Source: Heterodontus francisci (taxonomy: Eukaryota). Taken from it: DNA of 64,000 bases. Every line of letters starts with the position of its first letter. Within the stretch, counting starts at the first letter, position 1. The notes under the pieces are model-generated. The model did not search any database. It had not been told where the DNA came from and saw only the letters and a program-made list of their open reading frames with translations. This document shows, in pieces, positions 11,031 through 24,133 of this stretch. The DNA lies in contig NC_090373.1 of the NCBI RefSeq assembly GCF_036365525.1, positions 172,544,080 through 172,608,079 of the forward strand, in the 5' to 3' direction. The position numbers and the translations under genes were made by a program.

Positions 11031-13830
11031 AGAATCATAGGATCTTTATGGCACAGAAAGAGGCCACTTGGCCCATCATGTCTGTGCCAGCCAAAAAAAT
11101 AAGCCATCCAGTCTAATCCTACCTTGCAGCATTTGGTCCCTAGCCCTGCAGGTGACAGCACTTGAGCTGCATATCCAGGCACCTTTTAAATGAGTTGAGG
11201 GTTTTTGCCTCTACTACCCTTTCAGGCAGTGAGTTCCAGACCCCCACCACCCTCTGGGTGAAAAGGTTTTTCCTCATCTCCCCTCTATCTTTCTACCAAT
11301 CACTTCAAGTCTATGCCCCCTAGTCACTGACCCCTCTGCAAAGGTGAATCACATCCACTCTATCCAGGCCCTCACAATTTTGTACATTTCAATCAGATCT
11401 CCCCTCAGCCTTCTCTGTTCCAAGGAGAACAATCCCAGCTTATCCAATCTTTCCTCATAGTTGCATTTTTCCAGTCCCGGCAACATCCTCGTAAATCTCC
11501 TCTGTATCCTCTCTAGTGCAATTACATCCTTTCTGTAACGAGGTGACCAGAACTGCACACAGTATCAAGTTGTGGCCTAACCAATGATTTATACAGTTCC
11601 AGCATATCATCCCTGGTCTTATATTCTATACCTTGGCTAATAAACGAAAGGATTCCATATGCTTTCTTAACCATCTTATCGACCTGTCCTGCTACCTTCG
11701 GGGACCTGTGGGCATTCACTCCAAGCTCCCTCACTTCCTCCACACCGCTCAGTATTCTTCCATTAATCGTGTATTCCTTAGCCTCATTTGACCTCCCCAA
11801 ATGCATCACCTCACATTTCTCCAGTTTGAATTCCATTAGCCACTTTTCTACCCAATTGACCAGTCCATCGATATCTTCCTGCAGCCTACAGTTATCCTCC
11901 TCGCTATCTACCACACGGCCAATCTTTGTGTCATCTGCAAAATCCTTGATCATGGCCCTTACATTAACATCCAAATCGTTAATATATACCACAAAAAGCA
12001 GGGGACCAGTACTGAGCCCTGTGGAACACCACTGGAAACAGCCCTCCAGTCGCAAAAACACCCATCAACAATTACCATTTGTTTCCTGCCACTGAGCTAA
12101 TTTTGTATCCACCTTGCTGCATTTCCTTGGATCCCATGGGTTTTATTTTTTTAGCCAGTCTGCCATGTGGGACCTTGTCAAAAGCTTAGCTAAAATCCAT
12201 GTAGACCACATCAACTGTACTACCCTCATCTATCTTCCTTGTTACTTCTTCAAAAAATTTGATAAAGTTGGTCAGACAAGATCTTCCCTTAACAAATCCA
12301 TGCTGACTTTCCTTGATTAATCTGTGCCCTTCTAAGTGACAGCTTATCCTATCTCTCAGAATTGATTCCAATAATTTGCCCACTACTGAGGTTAGACTGA
12401 CTGGCCTGTAATTATTCGGTCTATCCCTCGCTCCCATTTTAAACAGAGGTACAATGTTAGCAGTTCTCCAATCCTCCGGCACCACACCTGTATCCAATGA
12501 GGATTGGAAAATGATGGTCAGACCTTCTGCTATTTCCTCTCCTGCTTCTTTTAACAGTCTGGGGTACATTTCATCAGGCCCTGGTGATTTATCAACTTTC
12601 AAGGATGCTAATCCCATTAATACTTCCTCTCTCCCTATGCTTATCACATCTAATACTGCACACCCCTCTTCCTTAACTACAATATCTGCATCGTCCCCCT
12701 CTTTTGTGAAGACAGACAGAAAGTATTCATTAAGAACAATACCAACATCTTCCGCCTCTACATATAGGTTACCTTTTTGGTCTTTTATGGGCCCTACTCT
12801 TTCCTTAGTTAACCTCTTACTCTTAATATATTGATAAAACATCTTTGGGTTCACCTTGATTGTGCTTGCCAATATTCTTTCATGCCCTCTTTTAGCTTTC
12901 CTAATTCCCTTTTTGATTTCACCCCTCCACTTTTTATACTCCTCTCTGCTTTCTGTGGTATTGTATTCTCAGTGTCAAACATAAGGTTTCCTTTTCTGCC
13001 TTATCTTACCCTGTCGGCTCCTTGACATCCTTGACGGCTCTAGATTTGGCCGTCCCTTCCTTTTTCTTTGTGGGAACATGTTTACTCTGAACCACTTGAA
13101 TCTCCCCTTGAATGCTTCCCACTGCTCTGACACTGATTTACCTTCAAGTAGCTGTTTCCAGTCCACTTTCGCTAAATCACTCCTCCGCTTAGTAAAATTG
13201 GCCGTGCCTCATTTGAGAACTCTAACGCCTGTTCTATCTCTTCCATAATTATGTTAAAACTGACTGAATTATGATCACTGCCACCAAAATGCTGTCCCAC
13301 TGCCAGTCCTTCCAACTACCCATCTTCATTTCCTAAAACTAAGTCTAAAACTGCACCCTCGCTGTTGAACTTGCTATATAACGAACCAAAAAGTTCTCCA
13401 GAATGCACCTCAAGAATTCTGCTCCCTCAATTCCTTTCACACTTAAACTATACCAGTTAATATTGTAGTAGTTAAAACCTCCTACTATCACTGCCCTATT
13501 GTTCTTGTACTTCTCAGAGATTTGCCTACATATCTGCTCTTCTATCTCCCTCTGACTGTTTGGGTGTCTATAGTACACTCCCAGTAGTGTGATTGCCCTT
13601 ATTTTGTTCCTTAGCTCAATCCATGTGGCCTCATTTGATGAACATTCCAAAATATCATCCCTCCTCAAAGCTATAATTGTTTCTTTGAACAAAATTACCA
13701 CACCCCCTCCCTATCGCGTCTGAAAATCCTGTAACCAGGAATGTTGAGCTGCCATTCCTGTCCCTGCTTAAGCCATGTTTATGTAATAACTATGATACCA
13801 TACTGCCACATGTCTATCTGTGCCCTCAGC
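11031..13830 (-). mobile_element. CR1 LINE ORF2 (APE endonuclease + RT), frameshifted, with deletions
   Basis: ORFs 13345-13701 (LGVYYR.PN, IVGGFN), 12186-12872 (KSPGPDEMYPRLLKE, NYRPVSLTSVVGK, QHGF), 11522-12061 (FADDTK), 11349-11558. Confidence 0.93.
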
Positions 13831-14190
13831 CTCTGAGGTCCCATGCTCTGGAATTCCCTCCCCAAACCTATCCGCCTCTCCACCTCCTTCAAACACACCA
13901 TTTTGACTAAGTTCTGATGAACTTGTTCTGATGAAAGGTCACTGACCTGAAATGTTAATTCTGCTTCTCTCCCCACAGATGCTGCCTGACCTGCTGAGTA
14001 TTTCCAGCACTTTCTGTTTTTATTTCAGATTTCCAGCATCTGCAGTATTTTGCTTTTGTTTTGACCAAGTTCTTTGGTCACCCCTTTCATAATATCACCT
14101 CCTTTAGATCAACATTCATTTTGTATCTGTGAAACACCCTGGGGCATTATCATCTTAAAAGGTGTTCTGTAAATATACATTGTTGTTTAA
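13830..14190 (+). mobile_element. L2 3' end interrupted by a Penelope-terminus insertion
   Basis: 'ctctggaattccctccccaaacctatccgcctctccacctc...ttttgac' resumes after 14060 as 'tttgaccaag...tttggtcaccc...aaaggtgttctgtaaatatacattgttg'. Confidence 0.6.
13911..14060 (+). mobile_element. Penelope 3' terminal fragment with degenerate hammerhead motif
   Basis: 'gttCTGATGAaaggtcactgacctGAAAtgttaattctg...cacagatgctgcctgacctgctgagtatttccagc', homologous to the Penelope terminus at 37035-37140. Confidence 0.8.
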
Positions 14191-14741
14191 GTTTGAAGAA
14201 TGTTCTCCATAACAGCTGTCAAGGTCCTCCAACTGTAATAAATTGTGTGAAGTACTTAGAGATGGTATAACATATTAAGTCACAAAGTAAGTACAAGTTT
14301 GCTTTCAAAGTTTGTTTTCTTTGAATCTCAAAGTGAAATAAAGTTTCTTTGAACCAAGTATATGCAAATATTTTAAAGAAATTGTGTTGTGCCTTTAAGG
14401 AAATTATTGTGAAGGTTGACTGAGTGAAATAACTGGTTTTGGCTGCGGAAGTAAGTTCAGACTGCAGCTGATCCCAAAAAGTGGCTACTTTTTTTTTGTT
14501 TACAGTCAAAACAATGACCTAAACTGCATTGAAACGCCACTCACACATGACGTTATCATGAGAACATGATGCACCATCCCACTGCAAAAGGTATGGGAGT
14601 CATTGCCAACATTCCTCCACAACCAATACTGTGAAAAATGCATTTCAATACCATTTGTGAAACTTCACTGTGCACACAATGGCTGCTGTATGTGCCTACA
14701 TAACAGTCATTTACCCTAAAGTAATCCACTGCATGTGAAGT

Positions 14742-15180
14742 AAAGAAAGAACTTGCATTTCTATAGCGCCTTTCCTGGCCGCAGGACATCCCAAAGTGCT
14801 TCACAGCAAATTAAGTACTTTTGAAGTTTAGGCACTGTTGTAATGTAGGAAAGGCCGCAGCCAATTTGCACACAGCAAGGTCCCACAAACAGCAATGAGA
14901 TAATGGCTGGATAATCTGTTTAGTCTTGTTGTTTAAGGGTTAAATACTGGCCAAGGCTCTGGGTCGAACTTCCCTGCTCTTTTTCAAATAGTTTCATGAG
15001 AACATTTATGCCCACCTGAGTGGGCAGTCAGGGCCTTGGTTTAATGTTTCAATCAAAAAGTGACACCTGCAATAGTGCAGTACTTCCTCAGTACCAATCT
15101 ATATTATGTGCTCAAATGTCTAGAGTGGGGCTTAAAACCACAACCTTTTGCTCAAAGGAAAAAATACTATCGCTATACAG
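14742..15180 (-). mobile_element. Deu-domain SINE (SacSINE1-like), near complete
   Basis: 3' tail reads 'aaaggcgctatagaaatgcaagttctttcttt' on minus; Deu core 'gcagccaatttgcacacagcaaggtcccacaaacagcaatgag' on plus. Confidence 0.85.
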
Positions 15181-15761
15181 CAGACACCCATTGACATTGA
15201 TAAGAGACATGATTAATAAGCTATATTAATGCATGTCTTCTTTCTCCTTCTCCCTTTCTTATTGCTCCCATCACAAATTTTTTGCCGCACATTTTCATGA
15301 GGACAACACCCCTTTAAACCCACTCCACATATAAGTCACATGCACCCAGCACTGTCAGAGACACTCCCTGATATATTTAATCCCTCGAGGGAACTGAATG
15401 AACACAAGCTAAACTAATAAGATAATGTTCTGAAATGTTTCACTGACTCTCAAAGATAATCAAATTAAATTCCAAGATGTCAATCATCACCATCTACATT
15501 TTTCAACCTGACCAGTCGCATTCCACCAATCCATGGCCCCGATCAGCACAGGAACCCGAGTATACCATGGGAGTATTTGATCATCTCTGTTTATTTTTCT
15601 AACCTACAATTATATTCTTGTCACGCAGTTTTTATTTTAAAAAGCCTCCTTTTTTTTGATCAACCAGGTGTTTGGACACACATGAAACCCATCTCCGGTG
15701 TTCATAAACTAATTACTGAGAAATTACTGAGAAATCAACTTAAGTCGGAAAGGGTCCAAAA

Positions 15762-15960
15762 GTGTATTGGTTATGGTACTGGATGAGCAACCTAGAGGTC
15801 ATGAGTTCAAATTCCAGTGTGCCAAGTTGTGAAACAAAATTCAATAAATCTAATCATCTGTGGCTGGCACCAGAAAAAGAATTAACCACAGAAGCCCAAC
15901 TATTTTACTCACGTCCTTCAGGGAAGAGAGGGCACCACTCCTAACCATTTTGGCCAACTT
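15762..15960 (+). mobile_element. Old tRNA-headed element related to the 5' end of the Zenon-like LINE
   Basis: 'gtgtattggttatggtactgga...gagttcaaattcc...attcaataaatct...gtccttcagggaag' matches the reverse complement of 60175-60385. Confidence 0.5.
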
Positions 15961-16489
15961 GCCCCTTCATGCCCCCTGTTGCAAGGTAGTCACTACAAAG
16001 CTGACAGTCAAGCTGTACTTATTGGACTATCCTTGTTGAAAAAGGTCTTTGTCTGACACTTTCCTGGCACCAATATTACCCATCACTCACCGGCCCAAAC
16101 CTAGATGTGGCCTTAAGTCCTGCAGAAACTGAGATTGGCATCTTCATTATCAGAGGAGTTGCTCATGGATGGCTTGCAAAAGCACAAATTCAATGTCTAA
16201 CAGAATGTCTGCCACAAGTGTAGATCTGTAAAAAGCATAGGATTACAATAAAATTGTGCAATATATTTTGGTTGAAAACCTGGCTCTACTTCCCGGGAAT
16301 GTTGGCAATCACATCTCGAATAATATTAATACATTATGGTAATTAGTTACAGGTCTAGTTGGCAATTTTAGTTGTGTAGCAACTTCAGTACTACGAGTAT
16401 TACAAATGTAATTGCACTTTTGCCTCACCAGCTTCAATTCCATACATTTAGTATGTATGCTGGAACTTATTTACTTCTTTTCCAAGTTT

Positions 16490-16825
16490 CATCTTGGCTT
16501 AGTTAGTAACATTTTCGCCTGTGAGTTATGGCTCTGGATTGAAGCCCTGTTCTGGACATGAGCATACAATGTACAGTGCAGTATTGAGGAAATGGTGCAT
16601 TGCCAGATGTCCCATCATTCAGATGAAGCATTAACTGAGGTCGTATTTTCCTGTTCAAGTAGATGACACCATTTGAAGTGCAGTGAGTTCTTCCATTGTC
16701 CTGGCCAGGATTCCTCCCTCAGCCAATACCAACTACAGTTTATCCGGGCATTCCTTTGCTGTTTGCAAGCTTGTGTGCACAAATTCAAAAATTGGCTGCT
16801 GTGTTTACCAATATAACAACAGCGT
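16490..16825 (+). mobile_element. Deu-domain SINE, old copy
   Basis: 'ttcagatgaagcattaactgagg...tgtcctggccagg..ccctcagccaatacc...tttgctgtttg...aattggctgctgtgttt'. Confidence 0.65.
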
Positions 16826-18188
16826 AAAAATGTAAAAATCCAACTGATTTACTCATGTCCTATGGGCAAGTGAGTTACCATGCCTACCCAGTCAGACTGA
16901 CTTGGATGACTTTTAGAGTAGAGAGTCGGAAGGGTAAGAGAGCTGTCCTAAAGATTTAAACCGAAGTGCAGCAGAGAGAGGTGAATGGTACAGGAGAAAA
17001 AGAATCACAATGTGACATCCTAGCACAAGGAGGGGCGGCATGGGTAAGTTTACAGGTAAACATTTAATTTAATCTATCTGTAACTTAAACTAGATCAAGC
17101 AATTAGTTTCAAAACTAAAAAAAACTAAGTTTATTAAATACATAAACTTTCACTCACTAAATATATATTTATAGTCCCAATCAGGGACAAGTCTTAAGTT
17201 TACTTTAGGTAAGTTTAGTCTAATAAATAGAGGCATGGCAGGGCATCTCAGTCCCATCAAATGCACATTCTTTGCCATGTGGGAACTCCAGGATGCTTCT
17301 CATGTCTTGAATAACCACATGTGTAGGAAGTGTCATCAGCTGGAGGAGCTTGAGCTCTGGGTTTCAGAGCTTGGCAGCAGCTGGCATCACTACAGTGCAT
17401 CCAAGAGGCTGAGAGCTATGTGGATAGCACATTTCAAGAAGTGGTCACCCTGTAGCTCAAGAAAGTGCAGGCAGAGATGGAAGGGGTGACTTCCAGACAG
17501 ATAAGGAGGACCATGGAAAATGGTCTAGGAGTTCCAAATGCATCTCACTCTCCAGCTGATGTTCAGTTCTAGAGAGAACAGCCAGAGCCAAGTTCACAGC
17601 ATTATGGGTGGCTCAGTCGTACAGTGGGTGAGAAGGAAGTCAGAAAAGCAATAGTGATAGGCGATTCAATAGTTAGGGGAAAAGCCTCCCTGGTGCCACG
17701 GTCAAAGATGTCACAGAATGGCTTCACAGCATTCTGAGGGAGGAGAGTGAACAACCAGAGTTGTTTTTCGTATCAATACCAATGACATAGGTAGAAAGAG
17801 GGATGTGAAGGCAGATTTTAGGAGCTAGGAAATAAATTACAAACTAGGACCTCAAAGTAATCCCAGTGCCATGGGGATAGTGACTACAGAAATAGGAGGA
17901 TAGTGCAGATGAATGCATGGCTGGAGAGATGTTGCAGGAGGGAGGCCTTTGGAATCCTCGGGCATTGGGACCTATTCTGGGGGAAGGTGGGACCCATACA
18001 AGCTGGATGGGTTGTACTTCAATAGGGCCAGCACTAATATAGTGGCGGGAAGGTTTGCTAGTGCAGTATGTAGCAAGTCCAACAAGAGAAGGAGCAGTTC
18101 TAGATTTAGGTTTAGGAAATGAAGCTGGGCACATGAAAGGGGTATCAGTGGATGAGCATGTTAGTGGTAGTGATGGGTAGTGGTAGCA

Positions 18189-18527
18189 GGCAGCACAGTG
18201 GCACAGTGGTTAGCACTTCAGCCTCACAGCTCCAGCGACCTGGGTTTGGTTCTGGGTACTGCCTGTGTGGAGTTTGCAAGTTCTCCCTGTGACTGTGTGG
18301 GTTTCCGCCGGGTGCTCTGGTTTCCTCCCACATGCCAAAGACTTGTGGGTTGATAGGTAAATTGGCCATTGTAAACTGTCTCTAGTGTAGGTAGGTAGTA
18401 TGAGAATTGAGAGAAGGTGGGGATGTGAGAGGGAAATGGGATTAATGCAGGATTAGTATAAATGGGTGGTTGATGGTCAGCACAGACTCGTGGGCTGAAG
18501 GGCCTGTTTTGGTGCTGTATCTCTCTA
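18189..18527 (+). mobile_element. HE1-type V-SINE inserted in CR1
   Basis: Same tRNA head, V domain and tail as 2392-2735. Confidence 0.9.
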
Positions 18528-19416
18528 CAATTTGGTTACATTTAGCATAGTTATGGATAAGGACAAAGAGCAACCAAGAGTAAAACTTAGAAATTGGGGA
18601 AAGGCTAATTTTATTAAACTGAGATATGATTTGGAAACTGGAAAAAGCTACTTGAAGGCAAATCAGTGTCAGAGATGGGAGGAGATAGAAAGGGAATGGA
18701 ACAAATATGCTCGCATAAAGACTCCCAGATTAGCCCCCCGGATGTCAAAAAGCACACAGAGTAGGATAAGGCAAAAAAAGGGAAGCTTATGCCAGATACC
18801 GAGAGCAGAAAGCCTAGAGAAGCATAGAAAATGCATGAGTGAAATTAAAAAGGAAGTTAGGAAAGGCATGAAAAAATATTGGCAAATAAAATCAAGGAAA
18901 ACTCAAAGATTTTTATAAATAAATAAAGAGCAAGAGGATAACTAAGGAAAGAGTAGGGCCAATTAGAAACCAAATAAGATAACTTGTGTGTGGGCGTAGA
19001 AGAAGTGGCATGGTTTTTAATGCATATTTTGCATCAGTTTTCACAAGAGGGGAACAAAGCAGACATTGTAGTTAGGGAGGAGAGTGAAATATTGGAATGG
19101 GATAGAGATGAGAGAGGTAATATTAAAGGGTTTAGCATCTTTGAAAGTGGATAAATCGCCAGGGCCAGATGAAATGTAGCTCAAGTTGCTAAGAGAAGCA
19201 AGAGAGGAAATAGTGGTGACTCTGACCATCATTTTCCTATCCTCTCTTGCGACAAGCATGATGCTGGAGGACTGCTAACACCTTACCTTTGTTTCGATAG
19301 TGAGGAAGGGATGTAATGAGTAATTACCAGCCAATCAGCCTAACCCTGTGGTGGGAAAATTATTGGAAAAAATTCTGAGGGACAGTGTAAATCATAATTT
19401 AGAAAGGTATGAATTA

Positions 19417-22400
19417 ATTTTTTTAATCATTCGGGGATGTGGGCATCACTGGCCAGGCCAGCATTTATTGCCCACCCCTAATTGCCCTTAAGAAGGTAGT
19501 GGTGAGCTGCAGTCCTTGAGGTGTTGGTACACCAACAGTGCTGTTAGGAAGGGAGTTCCAGGATTTTGACCCAGTGACAGGATGGTGTGAGGCTTGGAGG
19601 GGAACGTTTAGGTGGTGGTGTTCCCATGCATCTGCTGCTTTTGTCTTTCTAGGTGGTAGAGTTTGCCGGTTTGGAAGGTGCTGTCGAAGGAGCCTTGTTG
19701 AGTTGCTGCTGTGCATCCTGTAGATGGTACACATCGTGCATTGGTGGTGGAGGGAGTGAATGTTGAAGGTGGTTAATGAAGTGCTAACCAAGCGTGCTGC
19801 TTTGTTCTGGATGGCATCAAGCTTCTTGAGTGTTGTTGGAGCTGCACCCATCCAGGCAAGTGAAGAATATTCCATCACACTCTTGACTTGTGCCTTGTAG
19901 ATAGTGGACAGGCTTTGCGGAGACAGAAGGTGAGTTACTCATCGCAGAATTCCCAGCCTCTGACCTCCTCTTCTTGCCGCAGCATTTATGTGGCTGGTCC
20001 AGTTTAGTTTCTGGTCAATGGTAACCGCCAGGATGTTGATAGTGGAGGATTCAGCGATGGTAATGCCATTGAATGTCAAGGGGAGATGGTTAGATTATTT
20101 CTTGTTTGGACTGGTCTTTGCCTGGCACTTGTATGGCATGAATGTTACTTGCCATTTATCAGGCCAAGCCTCGATGTTGTCCAGTTCTGACTGCATATGG
20201 ACATGGGGTGCTTCAGTATCTGAGGAGTCGCGAATGTTGATGAACATTGTGCAATCATCAACAAAAAGTCCCACTTCTGACCTTATGAAGGAGGCAAGGT
20301 CATTGATGAAGCAGCTGAAGTTGATTGGGCCTAGGACACTACCCTGAGAAACTCCTGCAGTGATGTCCTGGGACTGAGATGATTGACCTCCAACAATCAC
20401 AACCATCTTCCTTTGTGCTAGGTATGACTCCAACCAGCGGAGAGTTTTCCCTGATTCCCATTGAATCCAGTTTTGCTAGGGCTCCTTGATGCCATACTCA
20501 GTCAAATGTTGCCTTGATATCAAGGGCAGTCACTCTCACCTTACCTCTGGAGTTCAGCTCTTTTGTCCATGTTTGGACTAAGGCTGTAATGAGGTCAGCA
20601 GCTGAGTGTCCCTGGCGGAATCCAAACTGAGCGTCAATGAGCAGGTTATTGCTGAGCGAGTGCCACTTGATAGTACTGTCTATGACCCCGTCTGTCACTT
20701 TGCTGACGATCGGGAGTAGATTGATAGTGTGGTAATTAGCTGGGTTGGATTTGTCCTGCTTTTTGTACACAGGTCATACCTGGGCAATTTTCCACATTGC
20801 CGGGTAGATGCCAGTGTTGTAACTGTACTGGAACAGCTTGGCTAGGGGCGTGGCTAGTTCTGGAGCTCAAACCTTCACTACTATTGCCGGAATGTTGTCA
20901 CAGCTCATAGCCTTTGCAGTATCCAGTGCCTTCAGCTATTTTTTGATGTTGCGTGGAGTGAATCGGATTGGCTGAAGAATGGCATCTGTGATGCTGGGGA
21001 TCTCAGGAGGAAGCCGAGATGAATCATCCACTCGGCACTTCTGGCTGAAGATGGATGCAAATGCTTCAGCCTTGTCTTTTGCACTGATGTGCTGGGCTCC
21101 CCCATCATTGAGGATGGGGATATGTGTGGAGCCTCCTCCTGTCAGTTGTTTAATTGTCCACCACCATTCACGATTGGATGTGGCAGGACTGCAAAGGTTA
21201 GATCTGATTCGTTGGTTGTGGGATCGCTTAGCCCTGTCTATTGCATTCTGCTTCCGCTGTTTGGCATGCAATTGGTCCTCTTTGTAGCTTCAGTAGGCTG
21301 ACACCTCATTTTTAGGTATGCCTGGTGTTGCTTCTGGCATGTCCTCCTGCACTCTTCATTGAACCAGGATTGGTCTCCTGACTTGATGGTAATGGTAGAG
21401 TGGGGGATATGCCAGCTATGAGGTTACAGATTGTGGTTGAATACAGTTCTGCTGCTGCTGATGGCCCACAGTGCCTCATGGACACCCAGTTTTGAGCAGC
21501 TAGATCTGTTCGAAATCTATCCCATTTCTCACAGTGGTGGTGCCACACAACACAATGGTGGGTACCCTCAGTGTGAAAACACTCCACAAGGACTGTGTTT
21601 TGGTCACTCCTACCAATACTGTCATGGACAGATGCATCTGCAACAGGTAGATTGGTGAGGATGAGGTCAAGTAGGCTTTTCCCTCTTGTTGGTTCCCTCA
21701 CTACCTGCTGCAGACCCAGTCTAGAAGCTATTCCCTTTAGGACTCGTCCAGCTCGGGTGCTACCGAGCCACTCTTGGGACAGACATTGAAATTCCCTACC
21801 CAGAGTACATTTTGCTACCCTCAGTGCTACTTCCAATTGGTGTTCAACATGGAGAAGCACTGATTCATCAGCCAAGGTGGATGGGGGTGGGGGGGGGGGG
21901 TTGCGGTAGGTGATAATCAGGAGGAGGTTTCCCTGCAATGTTTGACCTGATGCCTTGAGACTTCATGGGGTCCAGAGTCGATGTTGAGGACTCCTAGAGC
22001 AACTCCCTCCCACTGTATACCACTGTGCCACCACCTCTGCTGGATCTGTCCTGCTGGTGGGACAGGACATACCCGGGGATGGTGTTGGCAGTGTCTGGGA
22101 CATTGTCTGCCAGGTATGATTCCATGAGTATGACTATATCAGGATGTTGCTTGACTAGTCTGTGGGACAGCTCTCCCAATTTTGGTACAAGTCCTCAGAT
22201 GTTAGTAAGGAGGACTTTGCAGGGCTGACAGGGCTGGGTTTGCCATTGTCATTTCAATGCCTAGGTCATGCCTGGTGGTTCACCGGTTTCATTCCTTTTC
22301 TTCGACTTTGTAGTGGTTTGATACAACTGAGTGGCTTGTTAGGCCATTTCAGAGGGCAGTTAAGAAACAACCATATTGCTGCGGGTCTGAAGTCATTTGT

Positions 22401-23527
22401 AGGTCAGACCAGGTGAGGATGGCAGATTTCCTTTCCTAAAGGGCATTAGAGAACCAGATGGGTTTTTAACATGTCATGCCAGACCCCCACCTGCCAAGAA
22501 TGAGGCATATTAAATTAGCCATATGGACGTTAAACTGTTGTTGAAGTGACTTGTTTAAAGAAAAAACACCAGGCCCTTGGCTGGAATGACATTTGCATAT
22601 TAACAGACAGTGCTTGTGGAGACAAAAGGGGTTACTTTCCTTATCCAATTTAACCTACAATGGACTTTGAGCACCAGACATTGAAGGTGAGGGAGCTCAA
22701 ATTTCAGGATGACTGCTGGGATAGCCGAATCCACAAACAGATGGGGTCAGACCAGCTGGTCACGTGACTAGCCTGCTTGGCTACCTGGTTTTTCTGAATT
22801 GTACAAAGAGTTTTGAACAGATAAACTGTTGTATGCTCCTGGACTGAAGAAGACCTCTGCTGTCTGGCTCTCCCTCTCTTTCTCATGTAACTCCAAATCC
22901 ACTGAAGACACATGAACCCCAAAAGAGAAGAATCTCCTACAGCAAACAAGGTTGAAGAAGAATACTGGGCCCCAACGAAGAGCAAGATCTACCTACAATC
23001 AAGGACTCTACAATGAGTTTGAAGAACCGTAACAAAAACCCTCTTCAGAAATTGCCTCAAACTTTTCCACTTTATTTTCTTCTGCTCCTTTCTGTCTCTA
23101 TCTGCATGTGTGTATCACATATGCATGCTAGCGTGGACATGTCATGTTTCCATAGGCATTAACCAAATTAGAGTTTAAGTTTAAGTTTAATAAATTTCAA
23201 CCTTTCTTCTTTAAACATAAGAAAGCCTGTTTGGCTAATTTCTTTGCCTTATAATTGGAGGTTAGTGAACAAGGATTCACTAAGGGGGAGCTAAAAAAAT
23301 GGTGTGTTTAAAATTAAACCCTGTTATGGTAAGACCAGGTGATGGCTGAGAGGGAACCCTAGACCCCTTTCTCATCTGGTCGTAACAAACAACTATCGAC
23401 AATGGTTTCATGATCACCACCAAACTAGTATTTTTAATTCCAACTTTATTAATTGAATTCAAATTCCACCATCTGCCGTGGTGGGATTCGAAACACAATT
23501 CCCAGAGCATTAGCCTGGGGCTCTGAG
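19417..23527 (-). mobile_element. CR1-Zenon-like LINE, near full length (APE + RT, disrupted), with tRNA-derived 5' head; split by the solo LTR 22472-23387
   Basis: ORFs: DIVILMESYL...DRSSRGGGTVVY (APE), LDLILTN..SD, KQDKSNPANY, AQFGFRQGHS, ALDIKATFD, QGSVLGP..F.CFINDL, LFVDDCT, MEYSSLAWMGA; B box GTTTCGAATCC on minus at about 23484-23494. Confidence 0.85.
22472..23387 (+). mobile_element. Solo LTR, copy 2
   Basis: TGTCATG...GGTCGTAACA; 4-bp TSD AACA at 22468-22471 and 23388-23391; octamer ATTTGCAT at 22591; AATAAA near 23189. Confidence 0.92.
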
Positions 23528-24027
23528 TTGGATTTGTTAAGGGAAGGTCATGTCTGACGAACTTGAATGAATTTTTTGAGCAGGTAATGAGGAGGATCGA
23601 TTAAGGTAGTGCATTTGACAGAATCAACATGGATTTTAGCAAGGCTTTTGACAAGGTCCCACATGGCAGACTGGTCAGAAAAGTAAGGTCTCATGGGATC
23701 CAAGGGCAAGCGGCAGGTTAGATCCAAAACTGGCTCAGTTTCATGAAGGAAACAGTATGGCCAATGGGTGTCTTTGTGTCTGGAGGGCTGTTTCCAGTGG
23801 GGTTCTGCAGGGCACAGTACTAGGTCCCTTGCTTTTCATGGTCATAGAGTCATAGAGTTATACAGCACATAAGCAGGCCCTTCAGCCCATCATGTCTGTG
23901 CCGGCCATCAAGCACCAAACTATTCCAATCCCATTTTCCAGCACTTGGCCCACAGCCTTATATGCTATGGCATTTCAAGTGCTCATCTAAATACTTCTTA
24001 AATGTTGTGAGGGTTTCTGCCTCTACC

Positions 24028-24133
24028 ATGTTTAGAGGGAGGATCTGGATCGGCGCAGGCTTGGAGGGCCGAAGGGCCTGTTCCTGTGCTGTAATTATCT
24101 TTGTTCTTTGTTCTCTTTGTTCTTTGTTCTTTA
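24028..24133 (+). mobile_element. Short CR1 3' terminus with (TTCTTTG)n tail, inserted into CR1
   Basis: 'ggcgcaggcttggagggccgaagggcctgttcctgtgctgtaa' followed by ttctttg repeats; interrupts 'ctctacca|cccttcaggcagtg'. Confidence 0.8.

Noticed and set aside
14506-14590. Exon-like segment with polypyrimidine-TACAG acceptor and AAG|GTATGG donor
   Set aside because: Stops in all three frames and no partner exons; a non-coding exon cannot be excluded but is unsupported
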